Shown: in pieces, positions 1 through 8,459 of the stretch
How the letters are laid out: each line of letters begins with the position of its first letter
Numbering within the stretch: the stretch's first letter is position 1
NCBI GenBank assembly: GCA_964608785.1
Contig: CAZSPM010000001.1
Span: 1-27,375, forward strand
Direction of reading: 5' to 3'
From: an uncultured Eubacteriales bacterium
GTDB lineage: Bacteria > Acidobacteriota > Aminicenantia > Aminicenantales > Aminicenantaceae
Length of the DNA: 27,375 nucleotides
Position numbers and translations under genes: made by a program
Notes under the pieces: model-generated
What the model was told of the DNA's origin: nothing
Seen by the model: only the letters and a program-made list of their open reading frames with translations
Databases searched by the model: none

Positions 1-306
1 CGCTTGATCAGAGAGAGGTGTTATTCTTTCCTGATTTTTCCTGAGGGAACCAGGAGTAAGGATGGTAAACTCCAGCCGTTCAAGAGGGGCGGCTTTTTTT
101 TGGCGCTTGCCAGCCAGGTTCCCATTGTTCCTGTGAGCATAGAAGGAACTTATGAACTCATGCCTAGAGGGAGTTTTTTTATAAAGAAAGGGAAGATTAG
201 AACCGCTTTTCACTCCGCTGTTCCTGTTGAAGGATTCGATCGCAATAACCTTTCCCAACTAATAGACAGAGTCAGAGGCGTTATACAGACTGAATTGAGA
301 AATTGA
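1..306 (+). CDS. plsC: 1-acyl-sn-glycerol-3-phosphate (lysophospholipid) acyltransferase, C-terminal part; gene is cut by the window edge
   Basis: Frame is open from base 1 and contains FPEGTRS..G.L.PFK.G.F.LA and PIVPV, the PlsC-family motifs III/IV. The HxxxxD motif would lie upstream of the window. Confidence 0.85.
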   Translation, partial: RLIRERCYSFLIFPEGTRSKDGKLQPFKRGGFFLALASQVPIVPVSIEGTYELMPRGSFFIKKGKIRTAFHSAVPVEGFDRNNLSQLIDRVRGVIQTELRN

Positions 307-358
307 TTTTATGATTTAATATTTTTTGAAAAATGATTAATTGCTGTGAGGAGGAGAG

Positions 359-919
359 ATGGATCATCAGACTATAATAGATGAGTTGAAACAGAGTGTA
401 GAAGGATTTTTTATCGCAAAAAAAGGCCTTTTCGAAGAAGTTATAAACAAGATTACTGAGAATTTAGAGTCAGGCCATAAGATTCTAGTATTTGGAAATG
501 GTGGAAGTGCTGCTCAGGCACAGCATTTTGCTGCAGAGCTGGTCAATAAGTTTTTAGAAATAAGACCTGCTATTCGAGCGATATCCTTAGCTACTGATAC
601 CTCAAGCCTTACCTCGATTGCCAATGATACTTCTTTCGATTTTATCTTTAGCCGTCAGATCGAAGCCCTAGGTGAGGAAGGGGATGTGGCGCTGGCTCTA
701 TCCACAAGCGGAAATTCATCCAATGTGATTGAAGCTGTAAAGGCGGCCAGGGAGATGAAAATTATCACATTTGCTTTTACTGGAAAGGGAGGGGGAAAAC
801 TTGCCTCTTTTGCCGATTATCTCTTGGATGTGCCTTCAGAAAGTACGCCTCGGATTCAGGAGGCTCATCTTTTCCTCCTCCATCTTTTGGCTCAAGAGAT
901 AGAGAAAAGGATGGGATAA
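359..919 (+). CDS. gmhA: Phosphoheptose (sedoheptulose-7-phosphate) isomerase, SIS domain
   Basis: Motifs GNGGSAAQAQHFAAE, SIAND, FSRQIEALG, STSGNS.NV and RIQE.H. A GAGGAGG Shine-Dalgarno precedes the ATG. Confidence 0.93.
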   Translation: MDHQTIIDELKQSVEGFFIAKKGLFEEVINKITENLESGHKILVFGNGGSAAQAQHFAAELVNKFLEIRPAIRAISLATDTSSLTSIANDTSFDFIFSRQIEALGEEGDVALALSTSGNSSNVIEAVKAAREMKIITFAFTGKGGGKLASFADYLLDVPSESTPRIQEAHLFLLHLLAQEIEKRMG

Positions 920-925
920 ATCCCC

Positions 926-2758
926 TTATTTTGACCTCCAGAACCCTCCCCGGCGCGGTCTTGATTTGGATTCCCAGTAATAAAACGGCCTCTCCTCTTC
1001 ATCAGGGCGTTCAGGGACTTCTGCCTTTTCTCCTTCACTGCTTTTATCGATGCGGAAGGAGCGTTCTGCCGCATAAAAGATTTCTTGGCGGAGCCCTTCC
1101 GAAGCAATTTCCTCAGTGAAATTTCGCCTTCCATCTACCAGATCATGAATATAATGCTGAATCTGTTCCTCAGAATATAATTTACGGATGTCGTATTCAT
1201 CGAGGCTTTGTCCTTCACAGAGCTTTATTTCCTTTGTCCCGAGTATTCCCTTTTCGTAGTGATTGGTGCCGCGCAGATCGCCCCTCTGGATTTGAGCCAT
1301 CAAGTTTATGGGAATACGAGTGACCTTGCGTACCATTCTTTTTTTCTTTTGGCCGTTTTCTTCGTGAGTTTCGATAATCTCACCGATACCGCCTGTATTG
1401 TACTGCATGAACTTAAGTTTCCCAGGAAAGTTGCTGACCAGGGTCATAATTATTTCATAGAAACGATTCACCTTTTTAGCTCTGGATCCGATGATGAAAG
1501 GGTCGGTTCCCACGATACGAACCGATTCACCGGCTTTAAGGGGCTGGCTGGCGTAACTGTGAGTGCTTTCCCCCCAGAGATAGGCCAGGACAGCCTGCTC
1601 TGGGGTGAGCTCTTGAGCGAAATTCATGATGGTGTTTCTGCGGGTGATAAAGGCAAAGACCACTCCATCCAATTCTTCGAGAGGGGGGAGGTTGATGGAT
1701 TTTGATGCAATCCCTTCCATTTTTCCGTTTATCCTCACTTTGAGTTTATCGCGCTGTATAACGGCTCTTCCGTTTGCGGTAAGGGTTTCATCCAGAAAGT
1801 CAACGTCTCCGTTGGATTTGATCATGACATTTTCATAGAGGGCAGATTTGTCGATCAAGGCATTGTACATCGCTTCTTGGTTTTCTCTCTCAACATCTGT
1901 TTTAACAAAAAAGCCACCTTCTGTGCCCAGAGCCGACCCATCGGTCTTAAGGAAAACGATGTCATCCTGAGTCACTTCTGTTTTTTCGCCTTTTTTGTGG
2001 TCAAGGCCAAGCTGATGACAGGACCAGGTGGATTTGCCAGTTGCAGTAAGACCAAAAAGGAAGACTCCATAGGTCTTGAGCTTGTTATCGGCATCCCTGA
2101 CTATGACGAGTTTTGTGCCAGAGTGAAGCCCCAGCATGCCCAGTTTGTCCGCACTCCACATGGCCTGACGGAGAAAACCTTTTTTATCTTCTCCCATGTA
2201 ATCCGTTCCCAGAGCAACATTGATATTGTCTTCAGGAAGAACAAGAACCTGTTGCCGCAGGGGATGTTCTTCTGGGATATGAATCATGGTGAACTCAGGA
2301 CCAGGTCGCTTGCCTGGCTTGAACATCGTATTCCCCCACATATATCCTTGGCGGTAGTTGATGAGGTCAGCTTCGGAAAAATAGAGGTTGCAGAATGGAT
2401 TGTAGGAGTCATTCTCTCCCATCTGCCGGCGGATGTGGTATAAAGGAAGAGTTCGCAGAAGGTGGAGTACTTTGTCTAGCTCTTCAGGAGCTTTTGCGAT
2501 AAGTGATTGCTGCTCGACTGTAGGCCTGGGAAGCCGAACATCTTCGCTCCCTAAGTAGACAGTCTTGGGAGCGATTCGGCTAGAAATGGCTGCTCGCCAG
2601 CCATAGGAGCCGTATTTAGTCTTTGTTCCTGCGGCTTTGGCTCTTGGTTCGAGCCATTTGAGGTCCACGGTTCGGATGTTTGGTCCCTTGAGGACCCGTG
2701 GAAGCTCCTCAGCAAATTTTTTATAAGCTTCTATATTATAGATGTTTTTTTCATACAT
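926..2758 (-). CDS. pckA: Phosphoenolpyruvate carboxykinase, ATP-type fold (divergent subfamily)
   Basis: Catalytic motifs appear in order: SSR(61), YMGEDKKG (Y187, K192, K193), LHSG (H212), P-loop FGLTATGKST, QDD (D265, D266), EGGFFVKT, ENV, TANGR(331). Confidence 0.85.
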   Translation of the reverse strand: MYEKNIYNIEAYKKFAEELPRVLKGPNIRTVDLKWLEPRAKAAGTKTKYGSYGWRAAISSRIAPKTVYLGSEDVRLPRPTVEQQSLIAKAPEELDKVLHLLRTLPLYHIRRQMGENDSYNPFCNLYFSEADLINYRQGYMWGNTMFKPGKRPGPEFTMIHIPEEHPLRQQVLVLPEDNINVALGTDYMGEDKKGFLRQAMWSADKLGMLGLHSGTKLVIVRDADNKLKTYGVFLFGLTATGKSTWSCHQLGLDHKKGEKTEVTQDDIVFLKTDGSALGTEGGFFVKTDVERENQEAMYNALIDKSALYENVMIKSNGDVDFLDETLTANGRAVIQRDKLKVRINGKMEGIASKSINLPPLEELDGVVFAFITRRNTIMNFAQELTPEQAVLAYLWGESTHSYASQPLKAGESVRIVGTDPFIIGSRAKKVNRFYEIIMTLVSNFPGKLKFMQYNTGGIGEIIETHEENGQKKKRMVRKVTRIPINLMAQIQRGDLRGTNHYEKGILGTKEIKLCEGQSLDEYDIRKLYSEEQIQHYIHDLVDGRRNFTEEIASEGLRQEIFYAAERSFRIDKSSEGEKAEVPERPDEEERPFYYWESKSRPRRGGFWRSK

Positions 2759-2794
2759 TTTATTTGTATTTTAATTTATTATTACACACCATTA

Positions 2795-5149
2795 TCATTC
2801 ATCGGTTTTGGTCTCGCCTGTCACGATTTGTTTGATCTCCTCTGAGGAGGCAACTCCGCTGTTAAAAAGATAACAGGAAATGTTCTCAAGGAGGCGCTCG
2901 AAAAAACGCCTCTGATGTTCCATTCGCTCAGGAGCGGTTAAGAGAAGATGAGGGTTATAATATGGCTCACTTTTAGAAGGAGTCAAGTCTCCTGCTATGC
3001 CCAAGCTTTGCCCCGATTCAAGCATGCGCACGGCGTCTTCCGCTTCGACCTCAACCACCGGCGGTGAGACATTGTCGTACCGGAGGATAAACATCCAGCG
3101 AAGTGTACTGCGTTTGACGTGCAGGGTTGCTCCCTCAATCCAGTATGGATCGAGAAGGGCGTGGGCATTCTTCGAGGCTTTATAACAGTAAGGCGACCCC
3201 CGGTCAAGACGGCAATCATCCAGGCGCAGGCATTCTGCGTCCTGACAGTCATCTTTGCGCGTAATTACATTTTCACACTTACTGTTGTTGAAAAGAGGAG
3301 CTAAGCGTGGATAGGATTCTACAGTATTTGTTGGTATAAAGAGCTTCCTCTCTGAGGAGTCAGCCTGGGTTATGCCTCCTGCAAAACGGACAAAGACGAT
3401 ATCATTGGAGTGAAGGCGGAATCTTTTATCAGAGAACAAGGTGAAGAAAATTTCGGTTTTCTTTGTTCCTTTGGGTCCGACGAGGATCAGTCCATTGCCA
3501 TCAATGTCTGCTGACATCCCGCGGATCGCATGGACGTTAAATAATCTTTCCGAGACATCCATGACAAGACCCAGAGCCAGGCTGCGCAAGGGGGGGTAGT
3601 TATCTGTATTGACCAGCACTCCTGTTTTTGTTTCTGAGTTGTAAAAAGCACGAGGTTCTCGGCCGGCTATGCCATCAACGGCATAGATTATGCCGTGGGG
3701 TTCCAGGTCAGCTTCCAGTTGAGCCGGATACCAGTTCTCGATCCAGAAGTCATTGAGGTGGGAGACATTCGTCCGTAATTGAACGATGACGCCGTTGATA
3801 TTCGCATTCCACTCAAAATAGTTTTCATAGCTGAGGTGGTTTTCCAGCTCAGCTACCAGAGCATTCCTCATCTTGACATCGATCGTAGAATCTACAGGAA
3901 CTCGCTTCTTTTCTCGTGTTATGGTGTTGTTCAAAGCGAGGCGGATGACTTTTTTGGGCGTTTTAAGGTGGGAAAGAGCCTCAGCGATTCTATCCAAGCC
4001 CTTTTCCAGGTTTTCCAGGGAAGTAGCATAGGAGATACGGCTGTAATCGTCAGCCCCAAAGGCATCTCCAGGAACGATCGCCACATTTGCTTCTTTCAGG
4101 AGATAGTAAGCCAGGCCGTAGGAGTTTCGGATCTGGACATTGTTGAATTCTTTATCATGATAATGGGAAAAATTGGGAAAAAGATAGAAAGCTCCCTGTG
4201 GCTTGAAACAGGAGACATTGGGAATGGTCTGAAGACGCATTAGGGCATAATTCCTGCGCCTCTGAAATTCAGAAGCCATTTTGGAAATTTCATACTGCGG
4301 TCCTGCCAAAGCTTCCATACTAGCCTTTTGTGAGATAGAGCATGGATTGGATGTTGTGTGGCTCTGGATTTTGGCCATGCCATTGATGATATCTGCAGGA
4401 CCGGCGGCAAAACCTATTCGCCATCCAGTCATGGAATAGGCCTTTGACACACCGTTGATGACGATGGTTTTCTTTTTAATTTCCTCTCCAAGAGATGCAA
4501 AGCTCACAAACTTGAAGTCATCGTAGACGAGTTTTTCATAAATTTCATCTGCAATGACATAGATGTCCTCTTCAAGGACAACGTCTGCCAAGGCTTCTTG
4601 CTCATGCTTCTGGTAAGCGGCTCCTGTAGGATTAGAGGGATTGTTTAAGATCAGAGCCCTGGTGGATGGAGAGATGGCAGATTTAAGCTGGTCAGCGTTT
4701 AAGATAAACCCATTTTCTTCCTTTGTTGGGATGATAACAGATTTGCCTTTAGCTAACGAAACGGCATGGGGATAGGTTACCCAATAAGGGGAGGGAATGA
4801 TAATTTCCTCATCCTCATTGATAAGGGCCTGGATGAGATGATAGAGGGAGCTCTTGGCGCCAGTGGATAAGATGATTTCTTCCTTCTCATAGGAAAGTCC
4901 CAAATCCTCCTTCAGCCTGTTAATGACAGCCTCTTTAAGGGCAGGGATTCCATCATTCTGTGTATACTTGGTAAAGTTTTCCTCGATAGCTTTCATGCCT
5001 GCTGATTTAACGTTATCCGGAGTGGGAAAATCTGGCTCTCCAACGCTGAGGTCAACGATATCTATTCCCTCAGCCTTCATAGCCATGGCTTTGGCCGATA
5101 TTTTAAGGGTGGGAGATTCGCCGATTTTATTGACTTTTTCTGAGACCAT
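2795..5149 (-). CDS. Fusion: PLP-dependent class I aminotransferase (aspartate aminotransferase family, aa 1 to ~396) plus a degenerate PEPCK/HPr-kinase-like domain (aa ~400-784)
   Basis: N-terminal half has GEPDF, NNPSNPTG, DEIY, SKAYSMTGWRIG (PLP Lys236) and RISYA. C-terminal half has IRG..ADIDG.GLILVGPKGTKKT, SNDIVF and CENV, which parallel PEPCK/HPrK motifs. It is one continuous ORF. Confidence 0.9.
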   Translation of the reverse strand: MVSEKVNKIGESPTLKISAKAMAMKAEGIDIVDLSVGEPDFPTPDNVKSAGMKAIEENFTKYTQNDGIPALKEAVINRLKEDLGLSYEKEEIILSTGAKSSLYHLIQALINEDEEIIIPSPYWVTYPHAVSLAKGKSVIIPTKEENGFILNADQLKSAISPSTRALILNNPSNPTGAAYQKHEQEALADVVLEEDIYVIADEIYEKLVYDDFKFVSFASLGEEIKKKTIVINGVSKAYSMTGWRIGFAAGPADIINGMAKIQSHTTSNPCSISQKASMEALAGPQYEISKMASEFQRRRNYALMRLQTIPNVSCFKPQGAFYLFPNFSHYHDKEFNNVQIRNSYGLAYYLLKEANVAIVPGDAFGADDYSRISYATSLENLEKGLDRIAEALSHLKTPKKVIRLALNNTITREKKRVPVDSTIDVKMRNALVAELENHLSYENYFEWNANINGVIVQLRTNVSHLNDFWIENWYPAQLEADLEPHGIIYAVDGIAGREPRAFYNSETKTGVLVNTDNYPPLRSLALGLVMDVSERLFNVHAIRGMSADIDGNGLILVGPKGTKKTEIFFTLFSDKRFRLHSNDIVFVRFAGGITQADSSERKLFIPTNTVESYPRLAPLFNNSKCENVITRKDDCQDAECLRLDDCRLDRGSPYCYKASKNAHALLDPYWIEGATLHVKRSTLRWMFILRYDNVSPPVVEVEAEDAVRMLESGQSLGIAGDLTPSKSEPYYNPHLLLTAPERMEHQRRFFERLLENISCYLFNSGVASSEEIKQIVTGETKTDE

Positions 5150-5175
5150 GGTTTACTTGTCTTTTAAGAAAGAAA

Positions 5176-6582
5176 TTACTCTTCTTCTTTTTCTTCAGGA
5201 GAGAGTTTCTCTTTCAGATATTTTTTCAGGTCCACACCTGTCAGGGATTTGACGATCTCAGGCATTTGAGCAAGAGTTTCTGCAACCTGAGATGTAATCT
5301 TTGAAGTCCCCAGGCCTTTATCTCCGCTAACGACCACGATCTTATGCACCTTGGAAAGGGGTTCTGAGACTGCCTTGGCCAGCTCGGGAAGGATATTAAG
5401 ATAAATTTCAAAGAGAGCAGCCTGGTTGTACTTTTCCCAGGCCTGGGCTTTTTTCAGCATGGCTTCGGCTTCAGCTATTCCTTTTTGCTTGGCCGTTTCT
5501 GCTTCTGCAACTCCTTCGAGTTTTATTCCTTCGGCCTTTCCTTTTGCCTCAGATTGGAGGCGGTATTCTTCAGCTTCAGCTTCTGCCTTCATCTGGTATT
5601 TACGGGCTTCGGCAGGTTTAATCACGGTGGAGTCGAGTTCCTTCTCTTTACGGGAAGTCTCTAATTCTTCGATTTTAATAGCTTGTTCTTTTTCGATGAA
5701 TTTGACCTTGGCTTCTTCTTTCTTTATTTCCTGGTTGAGGCGGAAACGCTCAATTTCGTAGGAAAAATCTGCCTGGGCTTTTTTCTGGTTGACTGCCACT
5801 TGGGACTCTGCTTTTTTGCCTTCGTTTTCCCATTGAGCCTTAGCGATTAAGGCTTCAGATGCGAGACGGGCAACTTCCCCCTCTTTTCGAGCTTCCGAAG
5901 ATTTGATCACCGCCTCTTTTTCTGTCTCGGCTTCAGCGATTACCGCATCGCGTTTGGCGGCAGATATTTGAGGCTTTCCGAGGGCATCAAGATATCCCTG
6001 AGTGTCGCTTATGTCTTTAAGGGCAAAAGACATCATGGTAAGGCCCATCAGGGAAAAATCCTTCTGCGTAACCTGGGTAACTTTATTTGAAAATTCTTGT
6101 CTTCCCCGGAATATTTCTTCAACTGTCATGGCTCCCATGACTTCCCTCATTTTTCCCTCCAAGATTGTCATAGAAACATCCCGGATGCCTTCTTTTCCCA
6201 AGCCTAGAAACTGTTCAGCGGCCAAGCGAATGGAGTGGTCGTTAGAATCTATTTTGACCTGAGCGGCAGCCTCGGCCATGATAGGAACCCCACCATGAGT
6301 GAGAACCTCGGGGGTTTTCACATTCAACGTTATGACTTCCATGGGCAAAACATCAACTGTCTCCAGGAATGGGATTACAAAAGTTCCCCCGCCCAGCCGG
6401 TATCGATAGCCTACTTTTTTTCTTGTTCCATCGGGCTCAATGGCTGTCCTTTTCCTTCCTCCAGAAATGATAAGGGCTTCATGGGGGCCAACTTTTCTGT
6501 ATTGCTTAGCGATTAATAAAGAAATTAAGACCAGTATTACAACTATGATTCCTATTAAAATTAATTGGGAGACTAGGGACAT
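5176..6582 (-). CDS. Flotillin-like SPFH-domain membrane protein
   Basis: N-terminal TM helix, then SPFH domain (GGGTFV.P, EG..R...G.MTVEEI...R..F) and Ala/Glu-rich coiled coil with EAEAE repeats. AAGGAGG Shine-Dalgarno at 6588-6594. Confidence 0.92.
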   Translation of the reverse strand: MSLVSQLILIGIIVVILVLISLLIAKQYRKVGPHEALIISGGRKRTAIEPDGTRKKVGYRYRLGGGTFVIPFLETVDVLPMEVITLNVKTPEVLTHGGVPIMAEAAAQVKIDSNDHSIRLAAEQFLGLGKEGIRDVSMTILEGKMREVMGAMTVEEIFRGRQEFSNKVTQVTQKDFSLMGLTMMSFALKDISDTQGYLDALGKPQISAAKRDAVIAEAETEKEAVIKSSEARKEGEVARLASEALIAKAQWENEGKKAESQVAVNQKKAQADFSYEIERFRLNQEIKKEEAKVKFIEKEQAIKIEELETSRKEKELDSTVIKPAEARKYQMKAEAEAEEYRLQSEAKGKAEGIKLEGVAEAETAKQKGIAEAEAMLKKAQAWEKYNQAALFEIYLNILPELAKAVSEPLSKVHKIVVVSGDKGLGTSKITSQVAETLAQMPEIVKSLTGVDLKKYLKEKLSPEEKEEE

Positions 6583-6641
6583 CGTAACCTCCTTAGAATC
6601 ATGCTTCTATAATATAGTTATAATTTATTTGAGTGAGAATT

Positions 6642-6670
6642 ATTATAAGTTTTTACTATATTTTTTTAAA
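6642..6670 (-). promoter_or_regulatory. Possible sigma70 promoter for the flotillin / aminotransferase / PEPCK operon
   Basis: TTTAAA-17 nt-TATAAT on the minus strand. The -35 is weak and the region is AT-rich, so chance matches are likely. Confidence 0.3.
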
Positions 6671-6691
6671 GCGTTTTTTTTAAAAGTTTAA

Positions 6692-6801
6692 GGGGACGTT
6701 CCCCAATCAAGTTGGGGACATGCCCCCAAAGTGCCACCCTGTGATTTGAAATTGAGGAACTTTCCCTTTTTGACAGGGTGGCACTTTGGGGAACGTCCCC
6801 A
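6692..6801. repeat. Nested palindromic repeat element, copy 1 (REP/REPIN- or MITE-like)
   Basis: Perfect 19-bp inverted arms at 6724-6742 and 6773-6791, extendable imperfectly to 6713-6801, around a 30-nt loop. An extra GGGGACGTTCCCC motif lies at 6692-6704. Homologous to 23815-23900. Confidence 0.9.
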
Positions 6802-6805
6802 TTAG

Positions 6806-7492
6806 TTAGTCGAAAAACTTAAATCTGATGATATGGAGGATGGCGGCTACTCCATCTTTCCACCCGATCTTCTTCCCTTCGCTGTAATCTCTGCCAGAGT
6901 AAGAGATGGGAACTTCGAAGATTTTGCATTTGAGTTTGGAAAATTTGATAGTGATTTCAGGTTCGAAGCCGAATCTTTTTGATTTGATAGTAATTTTGTT
7001 GAGGAATTCCCTTTTGAAGACCTTGTAGCATGTTTCCATGTCGGTCAGGTTTAGGTTAGAGAACATGTTGGATAGTGTTGTAAGAAGTTTATTGCCGACA
7101 TAATGCCAGAAAAAGAGAACACGGTGAGGGCCTCCTAGAAAACGGGAACCGTAGACGACATCAGCCCGACCATCCAGGAGAGGCTCCAGAAGTTTAGAAT
7201 AGTCTCTTGGATCATACTCCAAATCAGCATCCTGGATGAGGATAATATCGCCTTCTGCTATAGAGAATCCGGTCTGGAGCGCAGCTCCTTTTCCCTGGTT
7301 TTTGGAGTGAAGGCGGACCTTTAGGTTGGGATGTTCTAAATTTTCCAAAATCTGTCGAGTTCCATCTGAAGAGGCGTCATCGACAATGATTATTTCCTTT
7401 TCTAATCCGACCTCAACTTCTTGAACTCGATGCACTATCTCTTCTATAGTATTCTTTTCGTTGAAAACTGGAATAATGATTGAAAGTTTCAT
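6806..7492 (-). CDS. Glycosyltransferase family 2, polyprenol-phosphate glycosyltransferase (DPM synthase-like)
   Basis: LSIIIPVFNE, VDDAS.DGT, N.GKGAAL, QDADLEYDP, VVYGSRF, DMETCYK, FGFEPEIT. Confidence 0.92.
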   Translation of the reverse strand: MKLSIIIPVFNEKNTIEEIVHRVQEVEVGLEKEIIIVDDASSDGTRQILENLEHPNLKVRLHSKNQGKGAALQTGFSIAEGDIILIQDADLEYDPRDYSKLLEPLLDGRADVVYGSRFLGGPHRVLFFWHYVGNKLLTTLSNMFSNLNLTDMETCYKVFKREFLNKITIKSKRFGFEPEITIKFSKLKCKIFEVPISYSGRDYSEGKKIGWKDGVAAILHIIRFKFFD

Positions 7493-7501
7493 TGCGCTAG
7501 A

Positions 7502-8446
7502 CTATTTTTTCTCCGCGCTTAATTTTTCTTTGAAATAATCAATAGTATTAAGCAGTCCTTCTTCCAGGTCAATTTTGGGCGTCCAGGCCAATTTTTCCTT
7601 AGCTAAAGAGATATCGGGGCATCTTCGGACAGGATCATCTAAAGGCAGAGGCTTATGGACGATTTTAGAGGAGCTTTTTGTCAGCTTGATGATTTTTTCG
7701 GCGAGTTCTATTATAGTGAACTCAGCCGGATTTCCAAGATTTATGGGCCCTCGAAATTTTTCTGTTTCCATTATTGCTATAAGAGCTTGGATCAGGTCTG
7801 AGACATAACAAAAAGAGCGTGTTTGGCTTCCATTCCCATAGACTGTAAGGGATTCTTTTTTTAAAGCCTGGACGATAAAGTTGCTGACCACTCTGCCATC
7901 GTCTACGGCCATACGAGGACCGTAGGTGTTGAAAATCCGAGCGATCTTGATGTCGACCTTGTTCTGACGATGATAATCCATCATCAATGTTTCTGCCACT
8001 CTTTTTCCTTCATCGTAGCAGCTTCGGATCCCGATGGGATTGACATTGCCCCAATAACTTTCTGGCTGGGGATGGACATAGGAGTCACCATAAACTTCTG
8101 AGGATGAGGTAAGGAGAATACGCGCTTTTATCCTCTTAGCCAGCCCAAGCATGTTTATGGTTCCCATGACATTCGTCTTGACTGTTTTTATTGGATTGAG
8201 TTGGTAGTGTATTGGAGAGGCAGGGCAGGCAAGGTGGTAAATTTTGTCTACCTCCACAAAGAGAGGGTGGATAATATCATGTCGGATTAATTCAAAGTAA
8301 TGGTGAGAGAAAAGATGGCTGATGTTATCTTTATTTCCTGAAAAAAAGTTATCGATACAGACAACATCCGCTCCTTTTTCGAGAAGAGCATCACAGAGAT
8401 GGCTTCCAAGGAAACCAGCTCCTCCTGTTACCAGGAAACGGTCCAT
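7502..8446 (-). CDS. UDP-glucuronic acid decarboxylase (UDP-xylose synthase), SDR family
   Basis: [68 protein letters not shown]. Confidence 0.9.
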   Translation of the reverse strand: MDRFLVTGGAGFLGSHLCDALLEKGADVVCIDNFFSGNKDNISHLFSHHYFELIRHDIIHPLFVEVDKIYHLACPASPIHYQLNPIKTVKTNVMGTINMLGLAKRIKARILLTSSSEVYGDSYVHPQPESYWGNVNPIGIRSCYDEGKRVAETLMMDYHRQNKVDIKIARIFNTYGPRMAVDDGRVVSNFIVQALKKESLTVYGNGSQTRSFCYVSDLIQALIAIMETEKFRGPINLGNPAEFTIIELAEKIIKLTKSSSKIVHKPLPLDDPVRRCPDISLAKEKLAWTPKIDLEEGLLNTIDYFKEKLSAEKK

Positions 8447-8459
8447 TATTTTTCTCCTT

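Noticed and set aside
494-540. GmhA motif GNGGSAAQAQH has Gln where Asp is common
   Set aside because: The His, Glu and Gln active-site residues and the later His are present; ordinary family variation is the simplest reading.
915-930. gmhA and pckA converge with only 6 nt between stop codons and no terminator hairpin
   Set aside because: Tight convergent packing is common, and the sequence alone gives no sign of antisense regulation.
5400-5960. Repetitive GCTTC-rich DNA and the 111-aa antisense ORF at 5426..5761
   Set aside because: Both are explained by the Ala/Glu/Lys coiled coil of flotillin on the opposite strand.
6692-6801. CRISPR repeat interpretation of the GGGGACGTTCCCC motifs
   Set aside because: The motifs are inverted, not tandem direct repeats with unique spacers, and no cas genes are present.
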